This document shows positions 1 to 9,622 of a stretch of DNA of 64,000 nt, one piece after another. The stretch is taken from IMG/VR virus record IMGVR_UViG_3300035517_000183, positions 1 through 64,000 of that record. One strand, 5' to 3'. Within the stretch, counting starts at the first letter, position 1. The number at the start of each line of letters is the position of its first letter. The DNA is from a virus. The notes below the pieces were generated by a model that saw only the letters and a list, made by a program, of their open reading frames with translations, was not told the origin of the DNA and ran no database searches. The position numbers and the translations under genes are program-made.

Positions 1-163
1 TATCTCAAAAAAGCAACATCAAAGCTGATGCGGTGATTGACTTTTACGATATTCGCCGATGTAACATACAGGGGGTGATTGATAAAATCTTTGAGTCGGT
101 TAAATAGCCGACTCACTCCCCCCCCCAATTAATCAAAAAAAACAACTCTAAATCAATACAACT

Positions 164-568
164 ATGTTATCAAAAAACTATGTTTTGCAGACAGCAAAAA
201 CCATACTTCAACAAATAGTCGCGGGTGTTGACAATATCAGTATCTTTTACTCGTGGGGTCCCTATAATTTCCGGCCGGTCGTGCAACATTGCATAATCGA
301 CGATAGTAATATTGACTTTGCCGGACTACGTTTTACGGTTAACGCTCGTGTATTCGTCGGCGATGTGGCAGTGATTTTAGATGACTGCAAAGACACGTAT
401 ATAGTCTATTTATACGGCCCCGACAACAGTAGCATTATACACAAAGTCGATGACGTCTACTGTGACGAGTTAGGCCGACTTATAGATGAGTTAGTGGAGT
501 ACCCGGCCGGGACTGACGCGGGCGAGTATCACCGGCAAGCTATTAACGACCTTATTACATCAATATGA
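164..568 (+). CDS. hypothetical protein
   Basis: 134-aa ORF preceded by a non-coding stretch; no recognisable motifs. Confidence 0.4.
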   Translation: MLSKNYVLQTAKTILQQIVAGVDNISIFYSWGPYNFRPVVQHCIIDDSNIDFAGLRFTVNARVFVGDVAVILDDCKDTYIVYLYGPDNSSIIHKVDDVYCDELGRLIDELVEYPAGTDAGEYHRQAINDLITSI

Positions 569-792
569 TTGGCAAAATTACATGGCTATTACATCTCGGT
601 GATGCGCTGACTAATTACGCTTATAGGGCGTTATTGGCCGGTGCAACCATTGACACAATACGCGATGTTATACGCGAGTCGTGGCGTGAGATAGCCTCAA
701 ATATGCACGATGACACAATACGCGATGTCATTATAGACGATGCGATTTTGGCCGCGAAAAAACGGTTTAAAAACGACGCGAAAAACAACTAA
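565..792 (+). CDS. hypothetical protein with internal duplication
   Basis: 75-aa ORF overlapping the previous stop. Contains a 17-bp direct repeat (gacacaatacgcgatgt at ~650 and ~710) encoding DTIRDVI twice. Confidence 0.35.
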   Translation: MIGKITWLLHLGDALTNYAYRALLAGATIDTIRDVIRESWREIASNMHDDTIRDVIIDDAILAAKKRFKNDAKNN

Positions 793-1023
793 AAACATTA
801 TATTTAACCCTCAAAAATCAAACAACTATGGCTATTATTATTGCAGCTTTTTTACTCGTTCCGTGGCTTATAGCGGCCGGACGCGACGGCGGACGTATGC
901 GATAGCGTATAACGCCCCTTAGGTAGGCTTAACCGATTTAATTAACCTTGACTCCTTAGGCAGTGGCGGTCTATATGGCTCCACTGCCGGGAGTCGTAAA
1001 GTCGTAAATTAGCAAAGAATAAA

Positions 1024-1914
1024 ATGAATAATCAAGGATATGTAATTGTGCCAAAATTCAACGACCTTTCGCCGGCGGCACGGTTGATAGTGTCTAAATT
1101 ACCGTCAGACTACACCATGTATAACGACTATCAAAAACTCGTGGAACAACTTGCGAGCGGTGGCAGTCCGGATGATGATTCGTTGTTACTGTTGCCGATG
1201 GAGATAGTGACACGATTAGTTAACGAACTCAACCGGCGCGACCCCGGAAAATACAGCGATGTGACTTTTACGGATATGTTTCAAGCGTCGTTATATTTGC
1301 GAGGGCAAATCATTGCGAAAATCGAAGAGCGCAAGAGTAAAACAAGGGACGAGGAAACGGCTCAAAAACGGCTTGAAATTTACAAGCAAATACAATCCGA
1401 ATACCCGCGATTGCGCGTTGTGAAAACATATAAGCGCGACGGCAAGCATTTAACCGACTTAAAATTAGCCTTGGTAGGCCTTGTCGATATGGCAGAGGCT
1501 AACGAAATATGCGAAAAATACGGCGTGTCACTCGTGGAATTGTGCAAGCGCAATAGTCATAAGTGTTACGAGCGACTACGCGATTGCACATTGTCAGGCA
1601 TTGATGTTGCAAGCATATTAGGTGACGGCTATATAGCGTATACCACTGAAAGTAGTGACGGTTACAGTTATTTTGATAAAATTTTCAAGCCGCGAATTGC
1701 AAGCATTGATAACATATACGACTTGACTAAAGCGGCGACGTATTGTGTTGATATAATATCCCACTTACAGTTATTGGATGATGACACGGTGTTTATAACT
1801 CAAATGTGTAATGGCAAATACGAGTTGGTAGTTGGGGAATACCCAAAACAAGCAGTCGAATTTAGCCATGGTGGCTATGACTACGCCGTAGGGATTATCG
1901 TAGACTTGTATTAG
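1024..1914 (+). CDS. hypothetical protein
   Basis: 296-aa ORF, no recognised motifs. Confidence 0.5.
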   Translation: MNNQGYVIVPKFNDLSPAARLIVSKLPSDYTMYNDYQKLVEQLASGGSPDDDSLLLLPMEIVTRLVNELNRRDPGKYSDVTFTDMFQASLYLRGQIIAKIEERKSKTRDEETAQKRLEIYKQIQSEYPRLRVVKTYKRDGKHLTDLKLALVGLVDMAEANEICEKYGVSLVELCKRNSHKCYERLRDCTLSGIDVASILGDGYIAYTTESSDGYSYFDKIFKPRIASIDNIYDLTKAATYCVDIISHLQLLDDDTVFITQMCNGKYELVVGEYPKQAVEFSHGGYDYAVGIIVDLY

Positions 1915-1943
1915 GTATTAATGGCTTATATAATTGATTAATC

Positions 1944-2699
1944 ATGACAACAGATAATAACAGCACTCGCCCTTACGTACTATGGCGCCGCGTATCTACC
2001 CGCGAACAGGGCGACAGTAAACTCGGACTTAAAGCGCAGTTGGCGATAGCACAACACTTCATGCGACGCGAACCGGCGAAGATATATACAGAGGTTTACT
2101 CGGGCACTAAACTCAGCGAATGTAAGCAACTATGGTTAGCGATAGAACATTGTAAGCGAACCGGCGACTTACTTGTAATTGCCAAAACAGACCGATTCAG
2201 AAACGTCCGCGAGGCACTTGACGTACTTGAAACTGTGGGCGAGGGTAATCTATCATTTTGTGACATCCCGACTACAGACAAATTCGTGCTGACGGTGATA
2301 TTCGCCATGTGGGAGCGTCAAGCGACTATGGGGCGTATAAATACCCGATTAGCACTGGCAGAGCGCGAAAAGGAACGTAAGAAAAACGGATTTTGGATAA
2401 GCAACGCCGGGAATGTATGTACACACTTCGGCAATGAGAAAGGATGTGACGTGACTCCAATGGTTAAGGCGGCGGCGAAAGCGAAAGCAGAACAGTCGGC
2501 GGAGTGGCGTGTAAACAGCAAAGCATATAACCGTGCCGTGCGTAAAAAGCGCGAGGGGTGGACCCTAATGCGTATAGTGGCCGACTTGTCAGAGTTGTAC
2601 GACGAAAACCCCGAAGATTACAGCACACGTAGTGGCGCGAGGCCATCGCCGGGAGTCGTGTCCCGTTGGATTCGCGAGGCGAATACGCTTGTAATTTAA
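1944..2699 (+). CDS. serine recombinase (resolvase/invertase family)
   Basis: N-terminal YVLWRRVSTREQ (catalytic Ser motif YxRVSTxxQ), LLVIAKTDRFRN (LVVxKLDRLxR-like) and a C-terminal HTH-like tail. Confidence 0.75.
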   Translation: MTTDNNSTRPYVLWRRVSTREQGDSKLGLKAQLAIAQHFMRREPAKIYTEVYSGTKLSECKQLWLAIEHCKRTGDLLVIAKTDRFRNVREALDVLETVGEGNLSFCDIPTTDKFVLTVIFAMWERQATMGRINTRLALAEREKERKKNGFWISNAGNVCTHFGNEKGCDVTPMVKAAAKAKAEQSAEWRVNSKAYNRAVRKKREGWTLMRIVADLSELYDENPEDYSTRSGARPSPGVVSRWIREANTLVI

Positions 2700-2775
2700 G
2701 CGATAATTTACTATCTTTGTGAGTAAGTTTTCAGCGCATGAAATATTGCGCATGAGTTTTTTAAGTTAGTTTTTA

Positions 2776-2806
2776 ACCGTTTCGACGAGAGTCGCGACGG
2801 TTTTTT
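2776..2806 (+). terminator. rho-independent terminator candidate
   Basis: Hairpin aaccgtttcgacgagagtcgcgacgg followed by T6, just downstream of the recombinase stop. Confidence 0.45.
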
Positions 2807-2944
2807 GTTGTCGTCAGATTTAATCGTTAACATTTATTTGCTATCCGCTTAACACTTATTAACCGATAAAATTATGTAATAGATTACATATTTCGTAACT
2901 TTACATCAACAAAAAACTAACAACAACCATAAAAACCACAGACT

Positions 2945-3394
2945 ATGGACTTTAAAAATCTAACCGCAGAAGAATTTAATGAGCAAACTAAAGGTTTGAA
3001 AACTCTAACTCTAACTCTCTATCAAGTGTGTATCGACTACCTTAACCGCGACTATGATTCAGTAATCATTTACTATGGCGACAGTTTAGAGGATGCGACG
3101 ACTGTCTTTAAAGAGGCTGTCAAGAACGCCGAAGAAAACGAAAAGGTTGAACATGAACGCCATGCAGTAGATGTGGAACATTTAGATATAAATGATGATT
3201 GTTTCGTTAATGACCCTTGGAACGGGAACTTTCCGTGTTGGGCGATTAGTTTAAACAAAGAACTATTGGAACGCGACGACGATAGCGAAGAATTTGACGC
3301 AGTGGACTTCGTTGGTATTGACGCGTCAAGGGGATTCTACAGTTGGGACGACGAAGATGAACCGTACTTTTTAAGAAACTACTACGATGTTTGA
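2945..3394 (+). CDS. hypothetical acidic protein
   Basis: 149-aa ORF rich in D/E; no motifs. Confidence 0.45.
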   Translation: MDFKNLTAEEFNEQTKGLKTLTLTLYQVCIDYLNRDYDSVIIYYGDSLEDATTVFKEAVKNAEENEKVEHERHAVDVEHLDINDDCFVNDPWNGNFPCWAISLNKELLERDDDSEEFDAVDFVGIDASRGFYSWDDEDEPYFLRNYYDV

Positions 3395-3602
3395 TAAGAA
3401 CCGCAACGACAAAGCACGCCGAATTGGCTCTCGCATTGCAGAACTACGCAAGATACAAGGACTCACACAAGCTCAATTGGCTGACAAGTCAGGGCTGTTG
3501 CAGAGTCAAATATCGCGAATTGAGCATGGCAAATACAACATCACGTATGAAACATTGACAACGCTTGCAAAGGCACTCAATTGCAGCGTCGAATTGATTT
3601 AA
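3387..3602 (+). CDS. XRE-family HTH transcriptional regulator
   Basis: LRKIQGLTQAQLADKSGLLQSQISRIEHG is a classic Cro/CI-type HTH. Confidence 0.6.
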   Translation: MFDKNRNDKARRIGSRIAELRKIQGLTQAQLADKSGLLQSQISRIEHGKYNITYETLTTLAKALNCSVELI

Positions 3603-3623
3603 GCGTGAATACTTACACAGAGA

Positions 3624-4883
3624 TTATTCCACAGTGGGGCGAACGAAAAAACTCGCTCCACTTTGTTTTTGCATATCATCGCCGTCCGACAGTGAGTAGT
3701 CGATAATAGTTCGTATCGCTACATCGGCGTGACTTCGCATGACACGGATATAATTAAATATAGGCCGGTGTGCTGCATCTTTGATTGTTTGGCCGATAGC
3801 ATATTCAAGTACAAAAAGGGGCACACCCAATTCAAAACCGAATTGACAGAATGTTTTACGAGCCGCGTAAAATGTAAGTTGCTTTTCAAAATTCAAGGCC
3901 TTGCCGATGCGGTTAAGCGAGTGCGTCACAGAACTACGGAAATACTCGTAATTGCTGAAATTATAGCCAAAATCCAACTTGCCATCCTTGCCTATGTAGT
4001 TCGCTATTATGCTACGTGCCTCCGGCTGTATGGTTATAGCGACTCGCTTTTCGCCTTGTTTTTTGTCGGCTGTCTTTTTGCGGATAAATAGCAGGCTGTC
4101 GCCGTCTAATCTTGCATCAACAATATCAGTAAGGTTAATCCCAGCGCAATAGAATGACAACATGAACAAATCACGCGCTACTACATATCTGCGCGGTTGG
4201 TCGAATTGTTGAAAATCCAACTCGCGTAACGCTTTTAATTCGGCCTTGGTAAGTGCTATATCTCTAACTGCCTTGCTTGGCATTTTATAAGCCGCGAATG
4301 GCGGTATATCGTATTTGACCGTGCCATCATTTGACGCCGCGTTGATTATTGCTTTTAAGTGGCTCATGCGTATATTTACAGTAGTCGACGAGTCGCCGCG
4401 CTTAAATAGATACTTTTCCCATGCTTTTATCACTGTTAGATTAATCTGACTTAACAGTAAGTTTTCGCCGAAACACTCCGTAAAGTATTTCAACGTGTAT
4501 TCAAGGTTACGCGCGTATGTTTTTTGGCCGTTCTCAACACACTGGGCGATATAGCGCAAAGCGTAAACGGAGAACACGCTTGAATCTTGGTTTGCGCGAA
4601 ATTTCATATACTCCTTGACTTCCGTTGCAGATAGTGGGGCTTGGCGCAAATCGTTGTAGTATTTTTCAAGGTAGCTGTTAAGCAAATTCGCCAGTTGTAA
4701 GTTCATCCATGCGGCGGACGGATTTTTGACAACTTTGCCGTTTTTCCACTCGCTTGTGGAGTTTACCTTAAACGGCGTATTAATATACGTCGTCTTACCA
4801 TTAGCCGCAATTGATATGCGGATAGTGTGTGTGCCATCTTTGTTTTGACGTGACGGCACGATGCAAAGAGAGATTACTGCCAT
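3624..4883 (-). CDS. tyrosine integrase/recombinase (Bacteroidota-type with N-terminal arm-binding domain)
   Basis: N-terminal arm-type DNA-binding-like region (NKDGTHTIRISIAANGK...). Box I ARDLFMLSFYCAGINLTDIVDAR. TFYAARKTF matches the HxxR-region pattern of IntDOT-like integrases. A tRNA 3' fragment lies adjacent. Confidence 0.75.
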   Translation of the reverse strand: MAVISLCIVPSRQNKDGTHTIRISIAANGKTTYINTPFKVNSTSEWKNGKVVKNPSAAWMNLQLANLLNSYLEKYYNDLRQAPLSATEVKEYMKFRANQDSSVFSVYALRYIAQCVENGQKTYARNLEYTLKYFTECFGENLLLSQINLTVIKAWEKYLFKRGDSSTTVNIRMSHLKAIINAASNDGTVKYDIPPFAAYKMPSKAVRDIALTKAELKALRELDFQQFDQPRRYVVARDLFMLSFYCAGINLTDIVDARLDGDSLLFIRKKTADKKQGEKRVAITIQPEARSIIANYIGKDGKLDFGYNFSNYEYFRSSVTHSLNRIGKALNFEKQLTFYAARKTFCQFGFELGVPLFVLEYAIGQTIKDAAHRPIFNYIRVMRSHADVAIRTIIDYSLSDGDDMQKQSGASFFVRPTVE

Positions 4884-5066
4884 TTTGGGTTAATGTTATG
4901 TTTGGTGTTACAAATGTGTTTCAAATTTAGGGTCAAATTTTTTAGACGCAATTTAGACGCAATTGATATGGTCCAAATTTGGACAAAAAAATAAAACTGC
5001 GCCAAATATTTAACACAGTTTAACTTTTGTGATTTCCGTAACTTGTTGAAAATCAGCCTATTTAAG

Positions 5067-5097
5067 TGGAGCCACAACGGGGACTCGAACCCCGGAC
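5067..5097 (-). other. partial tRNA 3' end (T-arm + acceptor 3' strand + CCA) - candidate attP core
   Basis: Minus strand reads CGGGGTTCGAGTCCCCGTTGTGGCTCCA (canonical T-loop GTTCGAGTC, acceptor 3' strand, encoded CCA). No complementary 5' acceptor (GCCACAA) within 100 nt, so it is a fragment typical of phage att cores next to integrases. Confidence 0.5.
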
Positions 5098-5285
5098 TTT
5101 TTCGTTACGAATGAAAATATTTGCAAAAATAATGTGTTGAAAATCAGCTAATTACAAAGGAGCGAAAAATCAAGACGCAATTAAGGCGCAAGCAAGCTTT
5201 TGCGGAGCCAAATATTTTAGTTGCGTGTTTGAAAACTTATGTATATTTTTGCCGTAGATTCTTTGACAGTGTTGTTTGAAATACG

Positions 5286-6251
5286 ATGTTAGACAGCTAT
5301 CGAATTAGCGCATCGACAAAGGCCTCGGACTCGCGGAGTGATTTCTTCCAGTCAATTCTTTTCTTCATCGTTTCTCTTGCGAGTCCGGGTCTTTTTTTTC
5401 AAGCAGGGTTATTAAAGACAGTCGCAAATTTACAAACAATAATGACACTCCAGTCTAACAACAGTTTATATCTTTCAGCAGTAAAAGCGAGCGCAGCAGT
5501 TCAGAGCAAATCCGAATTGGACTGCCTCGCTTTTGCTATTATGGGTAAACTGTTATTCGGTTGTTCTGTCATGGTAAAATCAACGGCGCGACAATACAAG
5601 TATATGTTTCGGATGGGCACCGCGAGATTTAATCGCATTTTCCGCGACTGCCTCAACCGTGGATATATAACCGATTGCGGAAATCATTACATCTTTGTTC
5701 CCATAAAAGCGCAAAAAGCCCAAAATATGGTCGTTGAACTGCCAAACGCATGGGGGCGAAACAAAGATAAGCGTTCCGCAATTACTCTAAATCAAGCAAA
5801 AGACTACATTCGCAAAGTTGCACAGTACGACAAGTTTGCGAAAAAAGCAGTAGTAGAGAATGTAAGTACAACTATGGCAAATCCTAAGTCCCGCAAGGCT
5901 TATCGACGCGCTCAAAAAATCTCCAAACGTATCTCACACAACGCTTTTTTCGACGGTCTACGACGTGGAACTTCTATGTCGCGTGTAGCACGGAATATGA
6001 ACACCTACAAAGCGAAAGCACGTAAACTCGTCCGCGAGATGGTGAGTGACGGTTGGATAACAAACAAGCCTGTCACAATCAAAACGGACTTCGCGGAATC
6101 GCAGTTTACACCACAAGCACTCATCATGCTTAACCGCGAATATGGTTGGTGCGGGTCGTACTTTCATTTGGGGCACGATATATTCTGTCGAGTGGCAAAT
6201 ATTTATGAACTTAACGACGTGAGCAAACTTCGTTTTTTGAACACAAAATAA
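5286..6251 (+). CDS. hypothetical basic protein (start uncertain)
   Basis: 321-aa ORF; the N-terminal ~90 aa are low complexity and contain a T8 tract at 5392-5399, so the true start may be downstream. A TAttTTTG -7 element lies at 5244-5251. Confidence 0.4.
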   Translation: MLDSYRISASTKASDSRSDFFQSILFFIVSLASPGLFFQAGLLKTVANLQTIMTLQSNNSLYLSAVKASAAVQSKSELDCLAFAIMGKLLFGCSVMVKSTARQYKYMFRMGTARFNRIFRDCLNRGYITDCGNHYIFVPIKAQKAQNMVVELPNAWGRNKDKRSAITLNQAKDYIRKVAQYDKFAKKAVVENVSTTMANPKSRKAYRRAQKISKRISHNAFFDGLRRGTSMSRVARNMNTYKAKARKLVREMVSDGWITNKPVTIKTDFAESQFTPQALIMLNREYGWCGSYFHLGHDIFCRVANIYELNDVSKLRFLNTK

Positions 6252-6310
6252 TTTTTTTTAAGCCGTTATGTTCTCGTTTTCTCACACATATAGTAAACTA
6301 TGTAAGTAGT

Positions 6311-6817
6311 ATGGATAGTATTACATTAGGGGTTATAGGGGGAGGGCGATACCCACAGCATCAACCCGGCAGAGTAGCAAGAAAGAGAAAACCTACTAAA
6401 AGAGAGTTATTCTTTGATAATTTTGCCGACGAAATTGATATTTTCGACTCGCCGACATCTTACCCGGATTGGATTTTGCGCATTCGCGAAGAACAACTTG
6501 CCAAAATAACGCCATGTTTGCAAAATTTTTCCGCTCGGCTCAAGTCCTACGGCCTCAACTTCAAAATCAAACAGCCGTTATGTGTCGACGGCAAATACAA
6601 ATTTGCTGATATTTATCTTCCGGACATAAACACCGTACTGATGCAGACTTCCATGTACACAAATTTTCGGCCGGTCGGACTACTAAGCGAGCGAGCCGAG
6701 TCCTTCCGTCGTGATTTCACCGTCTACGAGTTTGACCCCATCGACACGGAAACCGTTACGGAGCGACTTATCGAACGACTTTTGCAGATGGCCGAACAAA
6801 AACCATGTAACAGTTAA
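6311..6817 (+). CDS. hypothetical protein
   Basis: 168-aa ORF. Confidence 0.45.
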   Translation: MDSITLGVIGGGRYPQHQPGRVARKRKPTKRELFFDNFADEIDIFDSPTSYPDWILRIREEQLAKITPCLQNFSARLKSYGLNFKIKQPLCVDGKYKFADIYLPDINTVLMQTSMYTNFRPVGLLSERAESFRRDFTVYEFDPIDTETVTERLIERLLQMAEQKPCNS

Positions 6818-7157
6818 TCAACGACACGACAAGCAGTACAGCCACTACGATACGCACTGCGCTTGTATCTACAATCGGATGTAATGCACGGCAAATTGGG
6901 AGCATAATCGGCAGCGTCATGACCAAGCATTGCGCCCTATGCCAATGGCACAGAGATACGAGTCGCGACAGTCGCCAACAAAGCCATGTTGTCGGCGCCG
7001 ACGTAAAAGCGAGCAAGCCTATAATCTCCGCGATTTCTATCGGCAAAACAGCCTCAACGGGCAGAACGGCAAGCGCAAAAGCCGAATACATGAACGGGAA
7101 CAATTTTACAGTGCGCGTAACCGCACGAAGAACGCCTACAAGTCTATTTTCCGTCAT
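6768..7157 (-). CDS. possible small membrane protein
   Basis: 129-aa strongly hydrophobic ORF filling an otherwise empty 326-bp gap between convergent genes. No other support. Confidence 0.25.
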   Translation of the reverse strand: MTENRLVGVLRAVTRTVKLFPFMYSAFALAVLPVEAVLPIEIAEIIGLLAFTSAPTTWLCWRLSRLVSLCHWHRAQCLVMTLPIMLPICRALHPIVDTSAVRIVVAVLLVVSLINCYMVFVRPSAKVVR

Positions 7158-7536
7158 TTATACACTGCAAGTAAGCAATTACGCTGTCAAGTCTATTTAT
7201 CAGCCAATCATCGTTAGAAGCGAGTTTAATTGACTCTAAAATCGACACAGCCTTATCCGGCGAATTACAAGCAAGCAAGCGGCGCGGTGGCTGACGGCGG
7301 TAAGTTTTATTTAAAATATCATTTGCAGCCTTGATTTTATAACCCTTGACTTTAGTTAGGTCTTTGATGGTATGTAGCAAGGCGACTTCATCCGCAGAGT
7401 AGTTACGCCAACAGCCACAACACACTTTCCGACCCTCTTTAAGCAGGTCGAATCTTTTCTCCCATGTGTAGAGCGTAGATTTAGGCACGTCAAGTAATTC
7501 AAGCACTTCAGCGGTGCGATAGTAAAGTTTACTCAT
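7144..7536 (-). CDS. MerR/excisionase-like HTH DNA-binding protein
   Basis: TAEVLELLDVPKSTLYTWEKR is an HTH_17/MerR-type helix. Confidence 0.55.
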   Translation of the reverse strand: MSKLYYRTAEVLELLDVPKSTLYTWEKRFDLLKEGRKVCCGCWRNYSADEVALLHTIKDLTKVKGYKIKAANDILNKTYRRQPPRRLLACNSPDKAVSILESIKLASNDDWLINRLDSVIAYLQCINDGK

Positions 7537-7906
7537 GGCCGAGTTTTGTGGCGGTCAGTTTTTCTACCATAGTAAGTAACCGGTTTACTTGTTCGGAGTA
7601 GGACTTATTTTGCGCTTCCAGCCGTGTAACAGAGTTTGCCAACTCGTCAGTGTAAGCGATAATGCCATCTGACTTTTGGCTTTCGTTGCTATTACTGTTA
7701 TTGTTACTCTCTTTGATTTCCTCACCATAGAAAAAGCCGATAGGTACGTTATACAACTTCGCGACTCGCTCAATCATTCCGCTTTTAACGTCGGCTGATT
7801 TGAACACTTGATTTAACGTCTGAGGCAACATTTCTAATTTCCTTGCAAGGTTTGCCGTAGTATGCTCTAATTCAGCTACTTTGGCTTTAAAATCCGGTCC
7901 AGTCAT
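7529..7906 (-). CDS. HTH protein, candidate repressor
   Basis: LARKLEMLPQTLNQVFKS... is HTH-like, with a C-terminal coiled-coil. Sits divergent from the + strand genes across a 254-bp region carrying operator-like palindromes. Confidence 0.5.
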   Translation of the reverse strand: MTGPDFKAKVAELEHTTANLARKLEMLPQTLNQVFKSADVKSGMIERVAKLYNVPIGFFYGEEIKESNNNSNSNESQKSDGIIAYTDELANSVTRLEAQNKSYSEQVNRLLTMVEKLTATKLGHE

Positions 7907-7993
7907 ATTGGTTATAAGTGTAAACTAAATTAAAGATAAGTTAAATTTGTGTTAATGCTAAGTGATAATGCTTGTTATGTGAGTACAACTACT

Positions 7994-8022
7994 TATATTT
8001 GCAGTGTCATTCAATGAACGAC
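7994..8022 (+). promoter_or_regulatory. Bacteroidota-type -7 promoter element (TAtaTTTG) followed by an operator-like palindrome
   Basis: tatatttg at 7994-8001, then tcaTTCAaTGAAcga at 8008-8022. A second copy TTCAgTGAAcga lies at 8131-8143. Confidence 0.3.
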
Positions 8023-8160
8023 ACCAAAACAGTAAGCGACGAGGAGTAGTAAAACGATTTTTACCACACTCATTTTCAAGACAAAGTTAACTATTCCTCT
8101 CGCTTTTTGCAAATTTTCAAACTGACAAATTCAGTGAACGAGAACAAATAAAAAGATTAT

Positions 8161-8385
8161 ATGCCATTAATGATTAAACAGATTGAAATGTTAACGCCGG
8201 GTCAAACCTTGACAACCTTTTGCCCTACACCGGGTAAATGGGAGTCAACCAAGCGCACGGCTTACAATGGCCGCAAGCGTCTACTGTCCGCGCAAGAAGA
8301 TAAAACTTGCACCATCAGTCAGGATGTTATAGCACGGACAGTAAGCGTAAGCGTGGAGTTAAACACAGAATCTGAAACAATCTAA
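8161..8385 (+). CDS. hypothetical protein
   Basis: 74-aa ORF, first gene of the rightward early operon. Confidence 0.35.
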   Translation: MPLMIKQIEMLTPGQTLTTFCPTPGKWESTKRTAYNGRKRLLSAQEDKTCTISQDVIARTVSVSVELNTESETI

Positions 8386-8401
8386 ACAAGCAGAAATAAC
8401 C

Positions 8402-8641
8402 ATGTCGAAAGGCAAGAAGCATACCGAGAATAAGGATTACGACTTAACAGCACTGCCCGCGGTACTGGCTAAGCACCAAATCCAATTCAGCAAGACCCAA
8501 TCCGCCAAATTAGTAGGCGGACGGACTCGACTCTACGAGTTGATAAAGCAAGGCAAGATACGGTGTGGGAAGCCAAGCGACTCTAAAAACGGTAAGTGGT
8601 ATTGTGATGCGAGCGATGTAATAGCATACGCAACACTCTAA
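8402..8641 (+). CDS. HTH (excisionase/AlpA-like) DNA-binding protein
   Basis: SKTQSAKLVGGRTRLYELIKQGKI is an HTH_17-like helix. Confidence 0.5.
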   Translation: MSKGKKHTENKDYDLTALPAVLAKHQIQFSKTQSAKLVGGRTRLYELIKQGKIRCGKPSDSKNGKWYCDASDVIAYATL

Positions 8642-9213
8642 GCAACTTGCAAAAAAAGCCAACGCCGAGAGGCTTAAAAATATCGGCGCAAAAGTGATGC
8701 AGCACTATATCTGCAACGTGAGTCACCCCGCGAAGTGAACGCCTGTCGGCAAGGACTAAATGCCGCGTTAAGCTCAACCGCTGATTATATTGGGCGGATT
8801 TACATAGAGCAAGGCGAGAGATACCCAGGCAAGCAGATACGTAGACTTGTCCGTTGAGAGCGCTGGGGTGAAGATGGAATGACTCTCCGAGGCCAAAAAC
8901 GAGTCATATTCCGCGAAATAGACTGCAAGGGTGAGGTACTGCCACGGCGGAAACAATATAAGCAAACCAACAAAAGCAACTCAATATGGTAGTTCACGTA
9001 GTGTAACATGGATAAGCACGATTTAGGTCAAAGTGTGTTAACGTATAAAAGTAGTGAATGAAAAAGGATACCGATTAGCCAAACGCTTAAATTAATGCCG
9101 GTTCAATTCCGGCCGTGAACACAACCCCATCGCACTGTCATTGCGTTTCGATTATTATGTTATTTAGTTTAGGGTTTCAATGTTATGTGATATATAGCGA
9201 TGTGCGATGGGAT

Positions 9214-9289
9214 AGGTGGTTAATTTAATGGTAGAATGTCGGTGATTAGCAAGCTGATAGTGTCAGTTCGAGTCTGATACCACCAACCA
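9214..9289 (+). tRNA. tRNA-like element (canonical T-arm, acceptor stem, encoded CCA; atypical D/anticodon arms)
   Basis: T-stem GTCAG/CTGAT around T-loop TTCGAGT. Acceptor AGGTGGT/ACCACCA (6 bp), discriminator A, then CCA encoded. D-arm ATTT/GAAT. The anticodon arm only folds with a 9-nt loop (GATTAGCAA), so function is uncertain. Confidence 0.4.
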
Positions 9290-9319
9290 ATAATTTTTCA
9301 ACTAAATACTTAAATCAAA

Positions 9320-9622
9320 ATGGAAAAAGACAACAACATTGGCAAAAAAGTAATTGTCCGCGGTACCAACTCGGGCGTGTTCTTTGGGACTCTCTCCGAG
9401 CATGACGGTCAAGCGGTGACTCTTACAAACTGTCGCCGCCTATGGTATTGGGATGGCGCCGCTTCGGATTTTCAACTGGCTGTTGATGGCGTAAAAGCAC
9501 CGGCAAACTGCAAGTTTACAGTCACAGTAGCGCATATTGAAATCCTCGACGCAATAGAAATTATCCCCTGTACGGATAAAGCAGTTGAATCAATTGAATC
9601 GGTAGCCAAATGGGCAAGATAG
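9320..9622 (+). CDS. hypothetical protein
   Basis: 100-aa ORF, translationally coupled to the next gene. Confidence 0.45.
   Translation: MEKDNNIGKKVIVRGTNSGVFFGTLSEHDGQAVTLTNCRRLWYWDGAASDFQLAVDGVKAPANCKFTVTVAHIEILDAIEIIPCTDKAVESIESVAKWAR

Noticed and set aside
6919-7233. Two + strand ORFs (104 and 95 aa) in the convergent gap
   Set aside because: They are Arg/Ser-rich and overlap both neighbours. The hydrophobic minus-strand ORF is the more plausible gene, if any exists here.
9036-9121. Full tRNA around the first T-arm motif (9097-9113)
   Set aside because: Neither a 73-nt nor an 86-nt fold gives a consistent acceptor, D-arm or anticodon arm. It is kept only as a T-arm-like motif.
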